Source of the DNA: Lama glama
Taxonomy: Eukaryota
Direction: 5' to 3'
DNA length: 64,000 nt
Assembly: GCA_028534125.1 (NCBI GenBank)
Contig: CM052817.1
Coordinates: forward strand, 95,854,001-95,918,000
The notes beneath the pieces were generated by a model that was not told the origin of the DNA, did not search any database, and worked only from the letters and a program-made list of their open reading frames with translations. Each line of letters opens with the position of its first letter. Position 1 is the stretch's first letter. Below are positions 13,161 through 26,140 of the stretch, piece after piece. The position numbers were made by a program, and so were the translations under genes.

Positions 13161-14329
13161 GTTTAGACTGAAAACTGCAAGGAGACGAGATTGGTTTCAG
13201 TGCCATTGCAGACTGGAAGCTCTTTGCGGGCAGGGCTGTGTTTGGCTTTAGATTTCCAGTGCCTGAAGGGGTCTGGCTTGTGGGTGTTTGTCTGCTGTCT
13301 TCCTGCTAACAAGTAACTACACAGAAACACGACCCTGATGCCCTTAGATAATTGATCTAAGTCGTTGGCAAGTATTTTTGCTTCCAGATAGACCTGCCCT
13401 CATCCTTAGCATCAAGCCCATTATTATTATCATTTGAAAGTTTGAAAAAACTGGCAAAGAGCCAGTTACAGTGCAATGGGACCTTCACTCTAACATCTGC
13501 TGGAAGTTCATCCTGCTACAAGGGGGCCAGCTGACATTTTCTGGCTTGCCTGGCTGCCAGGCAAGAAACACCAAGCAGGGCTGATACTGGGCTCGGAGCA
13601 GGAAATGCTCACTGAGCAGGGAAGCGATGGGAATTTGGGAAAGTGACTTTGTCACCCTGGCATGTGTCCCACGGAATGAAATAAACACGAACGTAGTCAG
13701 GCATGTATCCCAGCCTTTATGACAGCAGGTCCCCAAAAGTTCGGAGAAAACATCATCTTTTGAGAAGAGACTCCAGAAGGTTAGAAACTGTTGTGAAGTT
13801 CCTTCCTGTACACAAACTCCAAAGAGAAAGTGAAGGATTGGTCCAGAGAGTCCCACAGGATGGTGATACCAACAGCCAGCGTGTACTCCAGGCTTATTGG
13901 CACTGGCCCACGAGATAGGCATTATTACTCCTTTTGCAAATGAGGAAATTGAATCACAAAGAGGGACTTGCTTGGCAGCACCCCACTAGTAAGCGGCAGG
14001 GGTGGGATTTAAACCTAGCAGTCTGATTTCAAAGACCCTAAGCCACCACCTGAATATGTCAAAAAGCCCAAACCCCCAGTCAGCTGAGGCTTTTCAGAAT
14101 AAAGTGAACCACCAAGGGGCAGGCCACTTGTTAATGAGGACAGCAGGGTGTCCCAGGTGGCGAGAACAGGCTACTCAGGTCCCGTTTAGTTTCTTTATTC
14201 TTAAAACATGAAATAATTTCTCCAAGCTGAAAATATTTCTAGGAAAGAAACAGATACGGGAGACTGTAGCTCCTCCAAGTTAACTTATTGAATTATGTCC
14301 CCCTGCACAAAACAACTTTCAGGTGACCT

Positions 14330-16140
14330 TGAAGAAACACCTTTAGGAGCCTAGGAGCCCAAGAAAATGAGAGGTGAGCCAGTGCCTTGGTTTTAAAAAA
14401 GGAGGAAAAGGTTAGGAAAACAGCAGACCAATGACTTTAGGTTAAAACCCGGAAATACTCAAAAGAATTCAAAAGACTTAGCAGAAAAAGGGGGTGATTT
14501 TTAGGGGGCAGTATGGGTTCACTTGAAGAAGGCATGTCAGGACCACGTAGTATTTTAATTAGTGTGGCTTTCAGACCGCTAAACTAGAGGAGGATAACGG
14601 TGATGTCACCATCATTGTCGCGGTCAGTGTCGTCCTGGCTAACAGCCAGGAGCAGGCACTGTCTGGAGAACTCAGTGTACATCATCTCATTTAATCCTCA
14701 GGGCCAACCACTGTACGTCACAGCCATGGTCTCTTAATCTTAACAACATTGAACAACATTTCTTAACTTTGTGAACAAACATAAAATAGAGAAGTTGTTA
14801 GTATGACTGGAGGATTTGTTACTGATTTTTGGAAAAGAAACACCAGTGTTCACAAAGAAACACAGCTGGGCAAACAACTACACTTAAAATGTGTTGCAGT
14901 CTTCTGTTCTTGGTTCTATATAGTTTCATATTTCCATCAATTTCTCAGGTAAAGGAGTAAGAGATTTTTCAGATGATACTCTATAAGGACAGATAACATT
15001 AGAATCAAGAGTGGAAAAACTCAGTAAGCTAGAATAAGAGAATGAATAAACTAGAAACAAAAGGCACTTCAACCAGGGTTTGGGTTTTGTTTTTTTTTTT
15101 TTAAGCTACTTAGCACAATTTGGGAGAACCTGGAATTATTGAATCTCATTGTTGGAAGGAATTTTTGGCCTTCTAGTTTGCCCGCTCAATAGCTCTCTAG
15201 TCCAATGTTTTTCAGTCTACAAAATATGGCACTGGAGATTAAATCAATTTAGTGGATTAAGTTCGGCATTTTAAGAAAGTAAAATAGGGGGAAAAAAACC
15301 CCACCCCCAAACCATTTATAACGATGATTAGTATTATAATGTTAAAATGAGTCTGCCACATGAATAATAACATGCAAGCAATGAAAATAACCGTGTTGGG
15401 TGAAAGAGCTGATTGATAATTACTTTGCTGCTTCAAAATTGTTTTTAATGTTAGCGTAGACCCATCTTCCACAGAAATAAAGCAGGGTGCCCAGAATCTA
15501 ATTCCAAACGTAGACTCGTAATCTCAGAATATAATGGAAAACTCATATCCCTTGTTTAAAAGACAAAATTGCCCTAAAAACGTTTTGTTTTGTCTTTAGT
15601 GACATGCTGGTACTTTAAAACTCCAAAGTTGATGTTTTAGTTTTTATTTCCTTCTAAATGCCTGCTGGTGAGCCATATCTTCTCCATCTTGGGTTTATGC
15701 CACTGGATTTTTTTTTTTTTCTGACCTAAGAAAAGCACTTAACATTTGTCCTTGTTTAATTTCATCTCGTTAGATTCAGCTCATTGCTCTGGCCTGTCAA
15801 GACTGTTTTTCATCATGACTCTGTCACGCAGTCGTCTGCCTGTTCCTCCCTGTGCTGGTCACCTGCAGGCCAGAGTGGCATGCTCACCACACCTTCCACC
15901 CACAGCCCTGGAGGGAAGGAGCCTGGGGAAGGCCCTGGCCAAGTGACACGGAGGAGCTGACAGTCTTCTTCAGGTCACTTTAGGGGAACTCTTCCAGCCA
16001 GCTAACATCCTTCTAGTTAGCCTTGTGTTATTTTAGCCCATTTTTCTCCCAATGGTCCATAAAGATAATGAGAAATAGACACCAATTATACTCATCTTTC
16101 TTACTTAGCTGCCAGGAAGCTCAGAACCTGGGCCAACCAT
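14330..16140. mobile_element. Degraded CR1/L3 LINE fragments, interrupted
   Basis: ttttaaaaaaggaggaaaagg...cagaccaatgactttagg...cggaaatactc near 14390 resembles the CR1 RT region. ttgtccttgtttaatttcatctcgttagattcagctcattgctctggcctgtcaaga near 15750 resembles antisense L3. Boundaries are approximate. Confidence 0.5.
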
Positions 16141-16212
16141 CCATTTTCAATGGGTCTAAGCCATTCAAAATCCATAGAAATGAAATAACGTGTGTGGCAA
16201 AAGCTCCCCCAC

Positions 16213-16460
16213 CCCATTTTGTAAATAAGTTTATTTGTGTCCTTTTTTTAGATTCCACATATAAGTGATACCATATGGTATTTTTCTCTCTCTTTCTGGC
16301 TTATTTCAGTTAGAATGACGATCTCCAGGTCCATCCATGTTGCTGCAAATGGCATTATTTTGTTCTTTTCATGGCTAAGTAGTATTCCATTGTGTGTGTG
16401 TGTATGTGTGTGTGTAATATATATTATATATATTACATCTTCCTTATCCAGTCATCTGTT
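16213..16460 (-). mobile_element. L1 3'-region fragment with (TG)n
   Basis: ttttgtaaataagtttatttgtgtcc...gattccacatataagtgatacc...gtccatccatgttgctgcaaatggcatt, same family as 4010-4370. Confidence 0.8.
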
Positions 16461-17513
16461 TTTTAATTTTTCAGTTAGATAGAATTGTTACAATTTGACA
16501 GCACATATACAATATATTGCATGTAAATACATATACACAATATACTACACATATTTTTAAAATTTACATCTATGTACTGTTCATTGTTTCTAAGAACGTT
16601 TAGAGCTTTAAAAACTTTAAAATGACGTATTTATATAATATATGTAATTTTTAAAAATTTGGCTATATAGAGTAAATTCTACTTGGGACTCTGCCACATC
16701 TTGTATATTTCAAATTGTGTTACTTCTCTACACGTGCCAGAAAAACAAAACATTAGGAGACTGCCATATTTGAACTTTGTTTAAACTTCACCTATAGTCA
16801 AATAATTAATATTTTCTGCTTATCTATAGATCTTTCATTAAAACCTGTGTGAGTTTGGCTTTGTGAGGGAAATAGAGATGTTTCAGTGAGGGAATAACAC
16901 TAATGCTAAAGTCGATATCTCTATTTCTCCATCTTTTGAGATAAACAATTTGGCATTAGGTTTAGTGAAAGGATGATGTTAAAGTGGTATTGTTGGCTCC
17001 GCCCAAGGTAGACCTTTCATTAAATGTTTAAGGGTGCTGTTGCCACGTGGATTTGATCTCCTTCACTGCAGTGTTTTTATATGAAAGAAGAATTAATTGG
17101 GAGTTGGGAAGTCTGGTGTTTCTCCTTCCGGCTTTCCTGGACTGCTGTATGGTTGGAAGCAGACGAGTGTGTTTCTCGGAGATGCCTCAGACTCGCACAG
17201 TTGTGATGTCCCCTCACATATTAGAGGTGAATGCAGAAGACTTCAATAATTCAGCAATGACACCAGCCAGACTCCTGGTGGCAGGTGCAGGTGTATTACT
17301 GAGCGCTGCCCAAGAGGCTGACTAGCAAGAAGCCAGTGAACGAGGTCCGTCCGTTTCAGGTGCCCTTTTAATAGAAGAAATGGCTGTGATAACAGAATGT
17401 GACAGAACTCCAGTTGGTCAGCGGGGAATGTGCACCCAGCTCTGGAGTTGAGGATCATAAAGCAAAAGAAGGAATTGGTTCTATAGAAATGGTCTATAAA
17501 AAGTGAACCAAAA

Positions 17514-17703
17514 GGGGAGGGTGTAGCTCAGTTATAGAGCACATGCTTAGCATCCACAAGGTCCTGGGTTCAATCTCCGGTACCTCTATTTAAAAAAAAA
17601 TTTTTTTAATAAATAAATAAGTAAGTAAGTAAGTAAGTAAATCAACCTAATTACCTCCCCCTCCAAAAACAGGCAAACAAAAAATAAAAATAAAAGTTAA
17701 AAA
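17514..17703 (+). mobile_element. Camelid-type tRNA-derived SINE with TSD
   Basis: ggggagggtgtagctcagttatagagcacatgcttagcatccacaaggtcctgggttcaat (A and B boxes), A-rich tail, TSD aaaaagtgaacca at 17498-17510 and 17704-17716. Confidence 0.9.
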
Positions 17704-18699
17704 AAAAAGTGAACCAGAGAATCATTTTTGGAGTTTGGTCTTTGTAGATGTCTTGAAATATGTATTAAAAATTTTTTTAATTTTGATGAAGGGCTTTCAC
17801 ATTAAAAGATTTTGATTGACCCCACTGCCAAGGGAGGGCAGAGCTGGGGTGCTAACCAAACAATTTGCTGCTTCTTGCTGCAGGTTCGATAAGAGGCTTG
17901 GATGGTTTCTATAAGGGGAGATGGATAAAACTGCAGGATGTGACTGCTTCTGTGGTGGGAAAAGGCAGTGCGAAGGGTGCGGAAGTGAAGGATGATGTTA
18001 GGTACTTGAACAAACACAATGCCGTCTTTATTTTAAAAAGGGAGAGAGAGAAAAGGGGGGGGGTAAAGAAAATAGATCCTTAGAATTCGAAAAATGTTCT
18101 TTAATTTGAGAAAACCTGCCGTGGATGGAAGGAAGGAAAACACTGGACAGTGTTCAGGACTGAGACTCCCTCAGGTCCAGTTACGCTGCAGGTTTTCCCC
18201 TGTGTACTTGGAAGAAGTGGGTTTGCCCGTTTCTGGAAGGTCAGAATGCAAGGTCCTCAGGGACGCGAAGTTCTCGCTGGATGTCCTACCTACACAGAAG
18301 TCCTTCCAAACCCTGGTCTGAGAAGCAGGAGACTGAAGTCTTGCCGCCGTCCTCAATTTGCTCTTTAGAACCATCGCAACCCCCGCTCTCCACGTGCTTC
18401 AGTTTTCAGGAACATCCAAGGGCAGTTTAACAGCTCAGGGGGTTGGGGGTACGAACTCCAGAGGGTCTCTTCAGGGGTTTACAACTCAGCTCCTCCTCTT
18501 GTGAGTAGTGTGACCTCAGACGAGTCATTCTCACCTTTCTATGCCTCATCTATTAAAAAGTGGGGAGGGTATTAATACATAGTTTTATAGGGTCCTTGTA
18601 AAGATGAGATGAATTCATAGAAGCAGAGCTCCATGTGCGCCTGACACAGAGTAAGAGCTCAATAAATGGGAGCTGTTATTCCTGCTTCCCTGGAAAGGC

Positions 18700-19019
18700 T
18701 GGAAGTGAGGCGGGAAGCGCCATAAAAAAGGCAGGCAGGACCCCCAGGCAGGGCCGCTACTGTCCTGCCAGCACCATCCGGTTCCCTGGCCAAGCTCACT
18801 TTTGCCTCTGAAACAGCTTTCTTCTAAGAAAGCGGAACTTACCCCTAAAATTCTATTGGTTCCCTGAACTCACTCCTGATTGGTTATTCCTCTCCCTCCT
18901 GATTGGTCCATTTCTACAAAGCTTGTTTGTAATTAGTCAACTTTTGTTATACCTTATTTGCATATGATGTTGCAAAGTGTAAACTGGCGGCTTACAAAAG
19001 CCTGTGTGAACCTACAGAT
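18700..19019 (+). mobile_element. Probable ERV1-class LTR (U3 region), cut off by the assembly gap
   Basis: Three ATTGG (inverted CCAAT) boxes at 18855, 18879 and 18902, octamer ATTTGCAT at 18956-18963 and TATA-like tacaaaag at 18993-19000, an LTR-like promoter layout. The left end is approximate. Confidence 0.6.
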
Positions 19020-19519
19020 NNNNNNNNNNNNNNNNNNNNNNNNNNNNNNNNNNNNNNNNNNNNNNNNNNNNNNNNNNNNNNNNNNNNNNNNNNNNNNNNN
19101 NNNNNNNNNNNNNNNNNNNNNNNNNNNNNNNNNNNNNNNNNNNNNNNNNNNNNNNNNNNNNNNNNNNNNNNNNNNNNNNNNNNNNNNNNNNNNNNNNNNN
19201 NNNNNNNNNNNNNNNNNNNNNNNNNNNNNNNNNNNNNNNNNNNNNNNNNNNNNNNNNNNNNNNNNNNNNNNNNNNNNNNNNNNNNNNNNNNNNNNNNNNN
19301 NNNNNNNNNNNNNNNNNNNNNNNNNNNNNNNNNNNNNNNNNNNNNNNNNNNNNNNNNNNNNNNNNNNNNNNNNNNNNNNNNNNNNNNNNNNNNNNNNNNN
19401 NNNNNNNNNNNNNNNNNNNNNNNNNNNNNNNNNNNNNNNNNNNNNNNNNNNNNNNNNNNNNNNNNNNNNNNNNNNNNNNNNNNNNNNNNNNNNNNNNNNN
19501 NNNNNNNNNNNNNNNNNNN
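19020..19519. other. Assembly gap (500 N)
   Basis: Exactly 500 N, consistent with a fixed-size placeholder. Confidence 0.99.
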
Positions 19520-21002
19520 GTGGGACGTGGTCCTCACCCCACTTCCTCCTTAGGCATCTGTGTTTGATCTGCCTTTGGGGAGAGGAGACCACTTTCCGCC
19601 AGTGGGCTCTCGGGGCGGTGTCTGTGTGGCCCTTCTGAACGAAAATGGGAGGCCCTGAGTCCCCTCAGCTGAGAAGATGCTTTTACAGCTCATCGTTCCT
19701 CGTCTTTTAATGTGTCTGGGAATCTGTAGGAATGTCCTCCTGTTGGGTACAGGTTTTTACTTTTACTGCTTTGTGGAGAGCAAACTTAGCAGAGAACGGT
19801 ATGCTCTGAAGGACTCTTCAGGACAAGTCTGAGAGATTTGAGTTACAGATCCTACCGCCTCTCCCTCTGTGTCTGTCAATATAAAGGCTGGTGGTGGGAT
19901 GGTGTGTGAAAGAGGGTGGGAGTGGATGACACTTGATTACTCGGTCATCTGGATTATCTCCTTAGCCTACCACTTTTAGAGCTAGTTTCACTAAATTTTT
20001 ACAGTTTATTTTTACCTTTTAAGACCAACTTACTAGAGAGGAGGGCTGATGTTGCCTTGCGCTGCTCCTTAGATCAAAGTATTAGCAGCGCTTTTAAAAT
20101 ACGGATGCCTAGGACTGTAAAAACACACAGCTATTTTTTTTAGAAGAATGCCCGGTAGTCCTGAATATTGATTCAGGGAGCCTTCACCTGTCTTTTTTGC
20201 TATCTTTCACCTTATTTTCATCTGTGAACTTCTTTGACACAGGAAACTTTCAATTCTTTCTGTTGATGGACACTAGAGGTGTAAACAAAAATGAAATTTA
20301 CATTGTAAATGTTATTTACCCAATCATTTTATATTTATTTGTTTACTTAATTTCTGAACCAGGTGTTTTGTTTTTGGGGTTTTTTGGGGGGGAGGTTGCC
20401 AGAATATTTAACAAGGTATAGGGTTTCGGTATAACTTTCCCTGCTTACCTTCTCTGGGAAAAAGCAGTAAAATAATGAAAAGCAGTCAACAGGAGAAAGG
20501 ACGAGGTGATAGCAAAGCATTGCAAATTTAACAATCCCCTCTCAGTAACTGAGAGTCGGCAGATTTGTAGCATTTAACTCTGTAATTTGCAATTAGGGAG
20601 ATAAGATGACGAACCGAGCCACCGTATGCCGTGCTGCCTGCCCACACTGGGATGCTGGGTGTCTCACGTCAGCAATGATACGTTACAGCTCGCACTGCCC
20701 TTAGACATCAGACAGCTGGTAAAGAGTCCATGTCAGGACACAAACATTTTCTGGTCTTATTTCTTTGATGTGATTAGTATATCCTCTCTTTAAAAAGAAG
20801 CAGGCTTATAAGAAAATTACAAGAAGAGAGGTTCAAAGTAAGTGTTTAGAAATGAAACACTTCCTATAGTCTGGTCTGTCTTTTTGATCCTGACCTTGAG
20901 TGCTGGTGATCAGGAGAGGCGGCCCCAGAGGTATTTCAGATTTAAAGGCAGTGCGGGATTCAGGTCAGGCGCAGTCAAAAGCACGTCATGTCGTTCTCCT
21001 AA

Positions 21003-21272
<270 letters not shown>

Positions 21273-21512
21273 TGAGGCTTTGAGAGACCCCCCAGGAGCC
21301 CCAGCGCCCTAGTGGCAAAATCCGAGTTGTGCTCTTGCCCCAGGAGGGAGCTTCCTAGGCTGATGTTTCACTTCTTCCCAAGCAGCAGTTATGTGGCCAA
21401 AAATAAGCAGGAAATATTTGCATCATGAAAACCACATAACTAATTTCTACATTGATATTAACCTTTAGAAGAGAAGGGGGCACAAATAGCATTATTATAA
21501 AGAATTATTTTG

Positions 21513-21835
21513 ACAGAAACAGACTCACAGACATAGAAAACAATCTTATGGTTACTGGGGGCAAAGGAGGTGGGGAGGCATACACTGGGAGTTTGGGATT
21601 TGCAGATAAAAACTGCTATATATAAAATAGATAAACAACAAGTTCCTACTGTACAGCATGGGGAACTATATTCAATATCTTATAATAACCTGTATTGAAA
21701 AAAGATATGAAAAGGAATACATATATTATAACTGAATCACTAGGCTGTACACCAGAAACTAACACAACATTGTAAATCAACTAGACTTCAGTTTAAAAAA
21801 ATTAATCCCCAATTTAAAAAATAAAATAAAAAATA
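21513..21835 (+). mobile_element. L1 3' end
   Basis: cagaaacagactcacagacatagaaaacaatcttatggttac...gggaactatattcaatatc...cattgtaaatcaactagacttc followed by an A-rich tail. Confidence 0.9.
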
Positions 21836-21859
21836 AACATTATTTTGTCTTTATTATGA

Positions 21860-22160
21860 GATGTGAGTATAGTTACCTTCTCCCACAGGCCCTTTATTCC
21901 ACTTTTGATGCCAGTGTGAAGCCTACAGCTGTGGCAGCCATCCTGAGACTGTCCAGTGACCAAGGCATGAAAACCCAACACACTGATGCTGGCGGAGCAG
22001 GAAAATGGAAACATCTTAGGATCTTAACGTCATTGAATAGTTTCACCAAATATAGAAACTCCACTTCCAGACTTAGGAGAGGGAGTTAAATGTCTTCAGT
22101 AGTTAAGTTTCTGTTAATCAGCTTTTCTGATGCTTGCAACTGAAAGAATCCTGACCCATA
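21860..22160. mobile_element. MLT1-like MaLR LTR remnant
   Basis: gctgtggcagccatcctgagac...ttttctgatgcttgcaactgaaagaatcctgac resembles old MLT1 (I/J-like) LTRs. Confidence 0.5.
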
Positions 22161-23066
22161 CAATGAGCGAAAGTTCTCTGTATAAGGATGTCCATCAAAA
22201 TTGTTTATAGTGCAAAAGTAGAAAAAGCGAATATCCATCAACAGGAAACCAGTTAAATCAATCATATGACCTACAGAATAAAGTCTTATTTCTCACACAC
22301 ATGTGATATGTGAACCTGTATTTGCCTACTGTGGGTACCTCAAATAAATGGACTCATACAATATTTGTTGCTCTGAGCCTAGCTTATTTTACTGACTGTA
22401 ATGTTTCTAGGTCCATCCATGTGGTAGCATCTAATCAGAGGTAACTGCAGTTTACATATGGAAAATATTATCAAGTTACCCCCTCAAAGAGTTTCATGGT
22501 ATACTTTTCGCATCACTGAGTGAGTGCCCTAGTTTTTCTGTTGTCATAGCAATACTGGTTATAATGACACATTTTGAAATTTGTTAATATTAGGGGTGCA
22601 AACTAGTATCTCATTTAAAATTGTTTTAAAAATCATGATTGAGCTTGTTTTTTTTTCTGTTTGTGTCTACTGATAATTTTCAGTTTGGTCATCTTTTTAT
22701 TGATTCACCATAACTCTTTGTACATTTATCTGTTTTGTATCTTACAAATACTTTTCTCAATTTATCTTTTTTTAAAAATTTCTTCTATATTGAGAATTTT
22801 AAGAAATTATCTTTTCCTTAATGGCTACTGGGGTTTGCTTAGAGAGGCACCCCTAACTCCAGTATTGAAGCAAAAACTAAAACAAAACAAACAGCAACCA
22901 AAAGCAAGCCAAACCACTATTTCTAGTTCTTCAGTATTTCATTTTTACAGATCTTTGGTCCCAATGGAATTTATTTAGGGTATGAAGTAGCACTTCAACC
23001 TTTTTTTTTCCCTAATGAATTGTTTACTTTCTGGGGGCTGCACTGGTCCTAAGCTTTTTGTCTTGA

Positions 23067-23363
<297 letters not shown>

Positions 23364-24897
23364 TAAGAGAGTCAAGTTCTGGTTCTTAGTAACTGAACTT
23401 CCCCTTAGGAGAGAGGGGGCTTCTCCTGCCTTCCTTCTTGTTCTCACCTGCCACCCCCTCTGTATGACAAGGACAGAGTCCCTGGGGCTGCCCCAGCTAG
23501 AGAGTCTATTCCAAGGATGACTAAAAAAGAACCGCCCCCAATTCCTCTCTCTGCCATTCTCTGTGCTCCAAGAGTGTGGGATTTCCCCTCCTCCTTGAGA
23601 ATCACAGATGAATTTTGGCCGGCCTCTCCGGGAAATTCTCACTAGGGGACAAAAGAGCTACTGATGGGAGAGCAGGAAGGAGAGACAGAGGCAGACAGAC
23701 TGTGAACACTCCACGGACGTCTCTGTGCCCCCGCTTACTGTCCCCCAGATGGGGGTGCTGGCAACAGACCCACCTCGTGGGGCTGCGTGAGGATGAAAGA
23801 GCCAACAGATGCCGAGTGCTTTGGAACAGCTCCTGGCACCCGCGCGCGCCGTTGAAGTGTCATTGTTACTCAAAATGAGACACTGGCTTTGTCATCTTTT
23901 TCAAACATTCACATTTACCAAGAAAGCAAATTTTTTTGGTTTGGTTTTTAAGAAAGGGTGTGTGTTCCTCAGTGCCTTTTCCCCACACCCTCATATAGAG
24001 AAGAGGGAGGCTGTGCCGAAGGGGAGGGAGGCACCCAGACCCCACGCTTCCCTTCTAGGTTGTCCCCTCTGTGCTGGGAGCAGTGAGAGATGAGGGATGA
24101 GGTCCCCGCCTCTCAGGGTGCCCTTTCCATCCCTTCCTGGTGGCCTAACGCAGACAGGACAGCAAAGGGAAAACCCCACTTAGAAAGGCCAGGACCCACT
24201 TGACGGATGGTGTACTCAGCTTGTGCCCAGCCTTTGGTACAGAGCCAATGCAGGGGACGTGTCCTGTCTGAAGTCCTTCAACCAGTGCCATTACTTTTAT
24301 TTCCCAAGGCACCTCCATTGCTATTTTTAGATTTACCATCTCAGCCGCTCTGTGCTACCGAGGAAGTTGTTTAGAAGCTGTTATCTCCATCTGACAGGCA
24401 AAGGGGCCCAGCCACGGATCAGAAGTGGCTCCCGAGCCCCCCTGTGCTCTGTCACTTCCCGGGACCTTTTCCCACCTTAAGAATGTATAGACGAACCGTG
24501 ACTTTTGCTTGTGCCTTAACTCTCTGGATGACCTCAGCTAAATTAATCACATTTTCATAATTGCCTTCTGAATACTTAAAGTGAGAAAAATGGTACTTGC
24601 CAATAATCCCTACCTTGGTGAAATTTTGGGGAGGATAAATGAGATAATGTTGGTGCAAATGACTTTTCCCTGAAGAAAGGCATTATGTATTCAAAATGTT
24701 ATTTAGAATGTTAGTGATTTATCCCTCATTTTCAATTGAATTTATAATTCCAATAGGATTAGACAATTGTACAACAGAATTTTAAAATTCTCAATTAACG
24801 GAGTAATTCAGTTGATGTCACAGTGAAGAAAGTTGAAAATGAAACCTTTTGAGTCAACGCAGTTCTAGAAGACACCTTTTAGTCCAAATGAGATTCT

Positions 24898-24972
24898 TTT
24901 TTCTTTTTTATTGGAGGTACTGGGGATTGAACCCCAGACCTCGTACATGCTAAGCTTGTGCTCTACCCCCAG
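24898..24972 (-). mobile_element. Truncated camelid-type SINE
   Basis: ggaggtactggggattgaaccccagacctcgtacatgctaagcttgtgctctacc, the reverse complement of the SINE body. Confidence 0.8.
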
Positions 24973-25193
24973 CCCAATGAGGTTCTTAATGACTATATGT
25001 ATTCAGGAGGAGTCTTGATTTGTACCTGTCATCTCCTATTTTAATTATTGGCTGCTCTTGAGTTTTTGTTATTAAAAAGAATGAAGTCACCCAAGGGGTA
25101 ACACAATCATCTCTCTAAGTTCTTCCCTCCAGCTAGACTTGTGTTCTTTTCTTGTTTGTTCTCTCCTTTCTATAAGGATGGTCCAAGGTGTGA

Positions 25194-25466
<273 letters not shown>

Positions 25467-26008
25467 TGATTTTCACTTAGGAGCGACTACTGTCAGTTTC
25501 CAGCTCCTGGGACACAAGGCATACTGGCCTTGGCTGACTGCAACGATTCCTGGGGATGTGATCACACAGCTGTGGGCGGGGCTGGCGGGATGCTTACAAG
25601 TGCTGGATTTGCTGCAGCAAATACACTTTGTCCAGTTCAGCCTCACAGATTAAGCTGGGTCCTGGGGTGGAGTGTTGGAACTGAGCTGCAGAACTGGAAA
25701 ACAGCACAGACCTTCCCCCGCTTACCAATCACTGCAATATTTCAGCTCTTTTCCCCAGGCCCCCGAGGCTACCCAAGGAGCATGAGAAAGAAAGAATCCA
25801 GCCTTTTTTTTTTTTTTTAATAAAAGCTCATCCAGTTTTTATTGTTACTTTTCAAGGTAAGTAGATGGCTCTTTGCAGTTTGGGTTGGAGAACAGAACCA
25901 GGAATGAGAGGCTGTTTTGAGGGCAATGGATCTTTTTCCTGGCTCGTCACAGGACTTTAGACTCCATTCGCCCAGGTACTTCTGAAAAAACATAGAAAGA
26001 AAAATAAG

Positions 26009-26140
26009 CGGGAGGGTATAACTCAGTGGTAGAGTGTGTGCTTAGCATGCACGAGGTCCTGGGTTCAATCTCCAGTATCTCCATTAAAAATAAATAAAAC
26101 TAATTACCTCCCCCTCTAAAACAAACAAATAAACAAAGAT
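26009..26140 (+). mobile_element. Camelid-type tRNA-derived SINE
   Basis: gggagggtataactcagtggtagagtgtgtgcttagcatgcacgaggtcctgggttcaatctccagtatctccattaaaaataaataaaactaattacctccccc. Confidence 0.9.

Noticed and set aside
17514..17590. tRNA-like sequences with A/B boxes (also at 26009, 29400, 47690, 51110, 55821, 60181)
   Set aside because: Diverged from one another, followed by A-rich tails and often flanked by TSDs. They are SINE heads, not tRNA genes.
17884..18001. Exon-like AG...GT segment encoding SIRGLDGFYKGRWIKLQDVTASVVGKGSAKGAEVKDDVR
   Set aside because: I recognise no homology and cannot establish partner exons. REELD1 already has its own signal-peptide start. It would need RNA-seq support.
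18954..19638. Long ORFs (181-226 aa) in the ORF track
   Set aside because: Artefacts of translating through the 500-N gap (poly-X).
21303..21317. CTCF-like gcgccctagtggc in REELD1 intron 1
   Set aside because: The core is two bases short of consensus spacing, so the match is weak.
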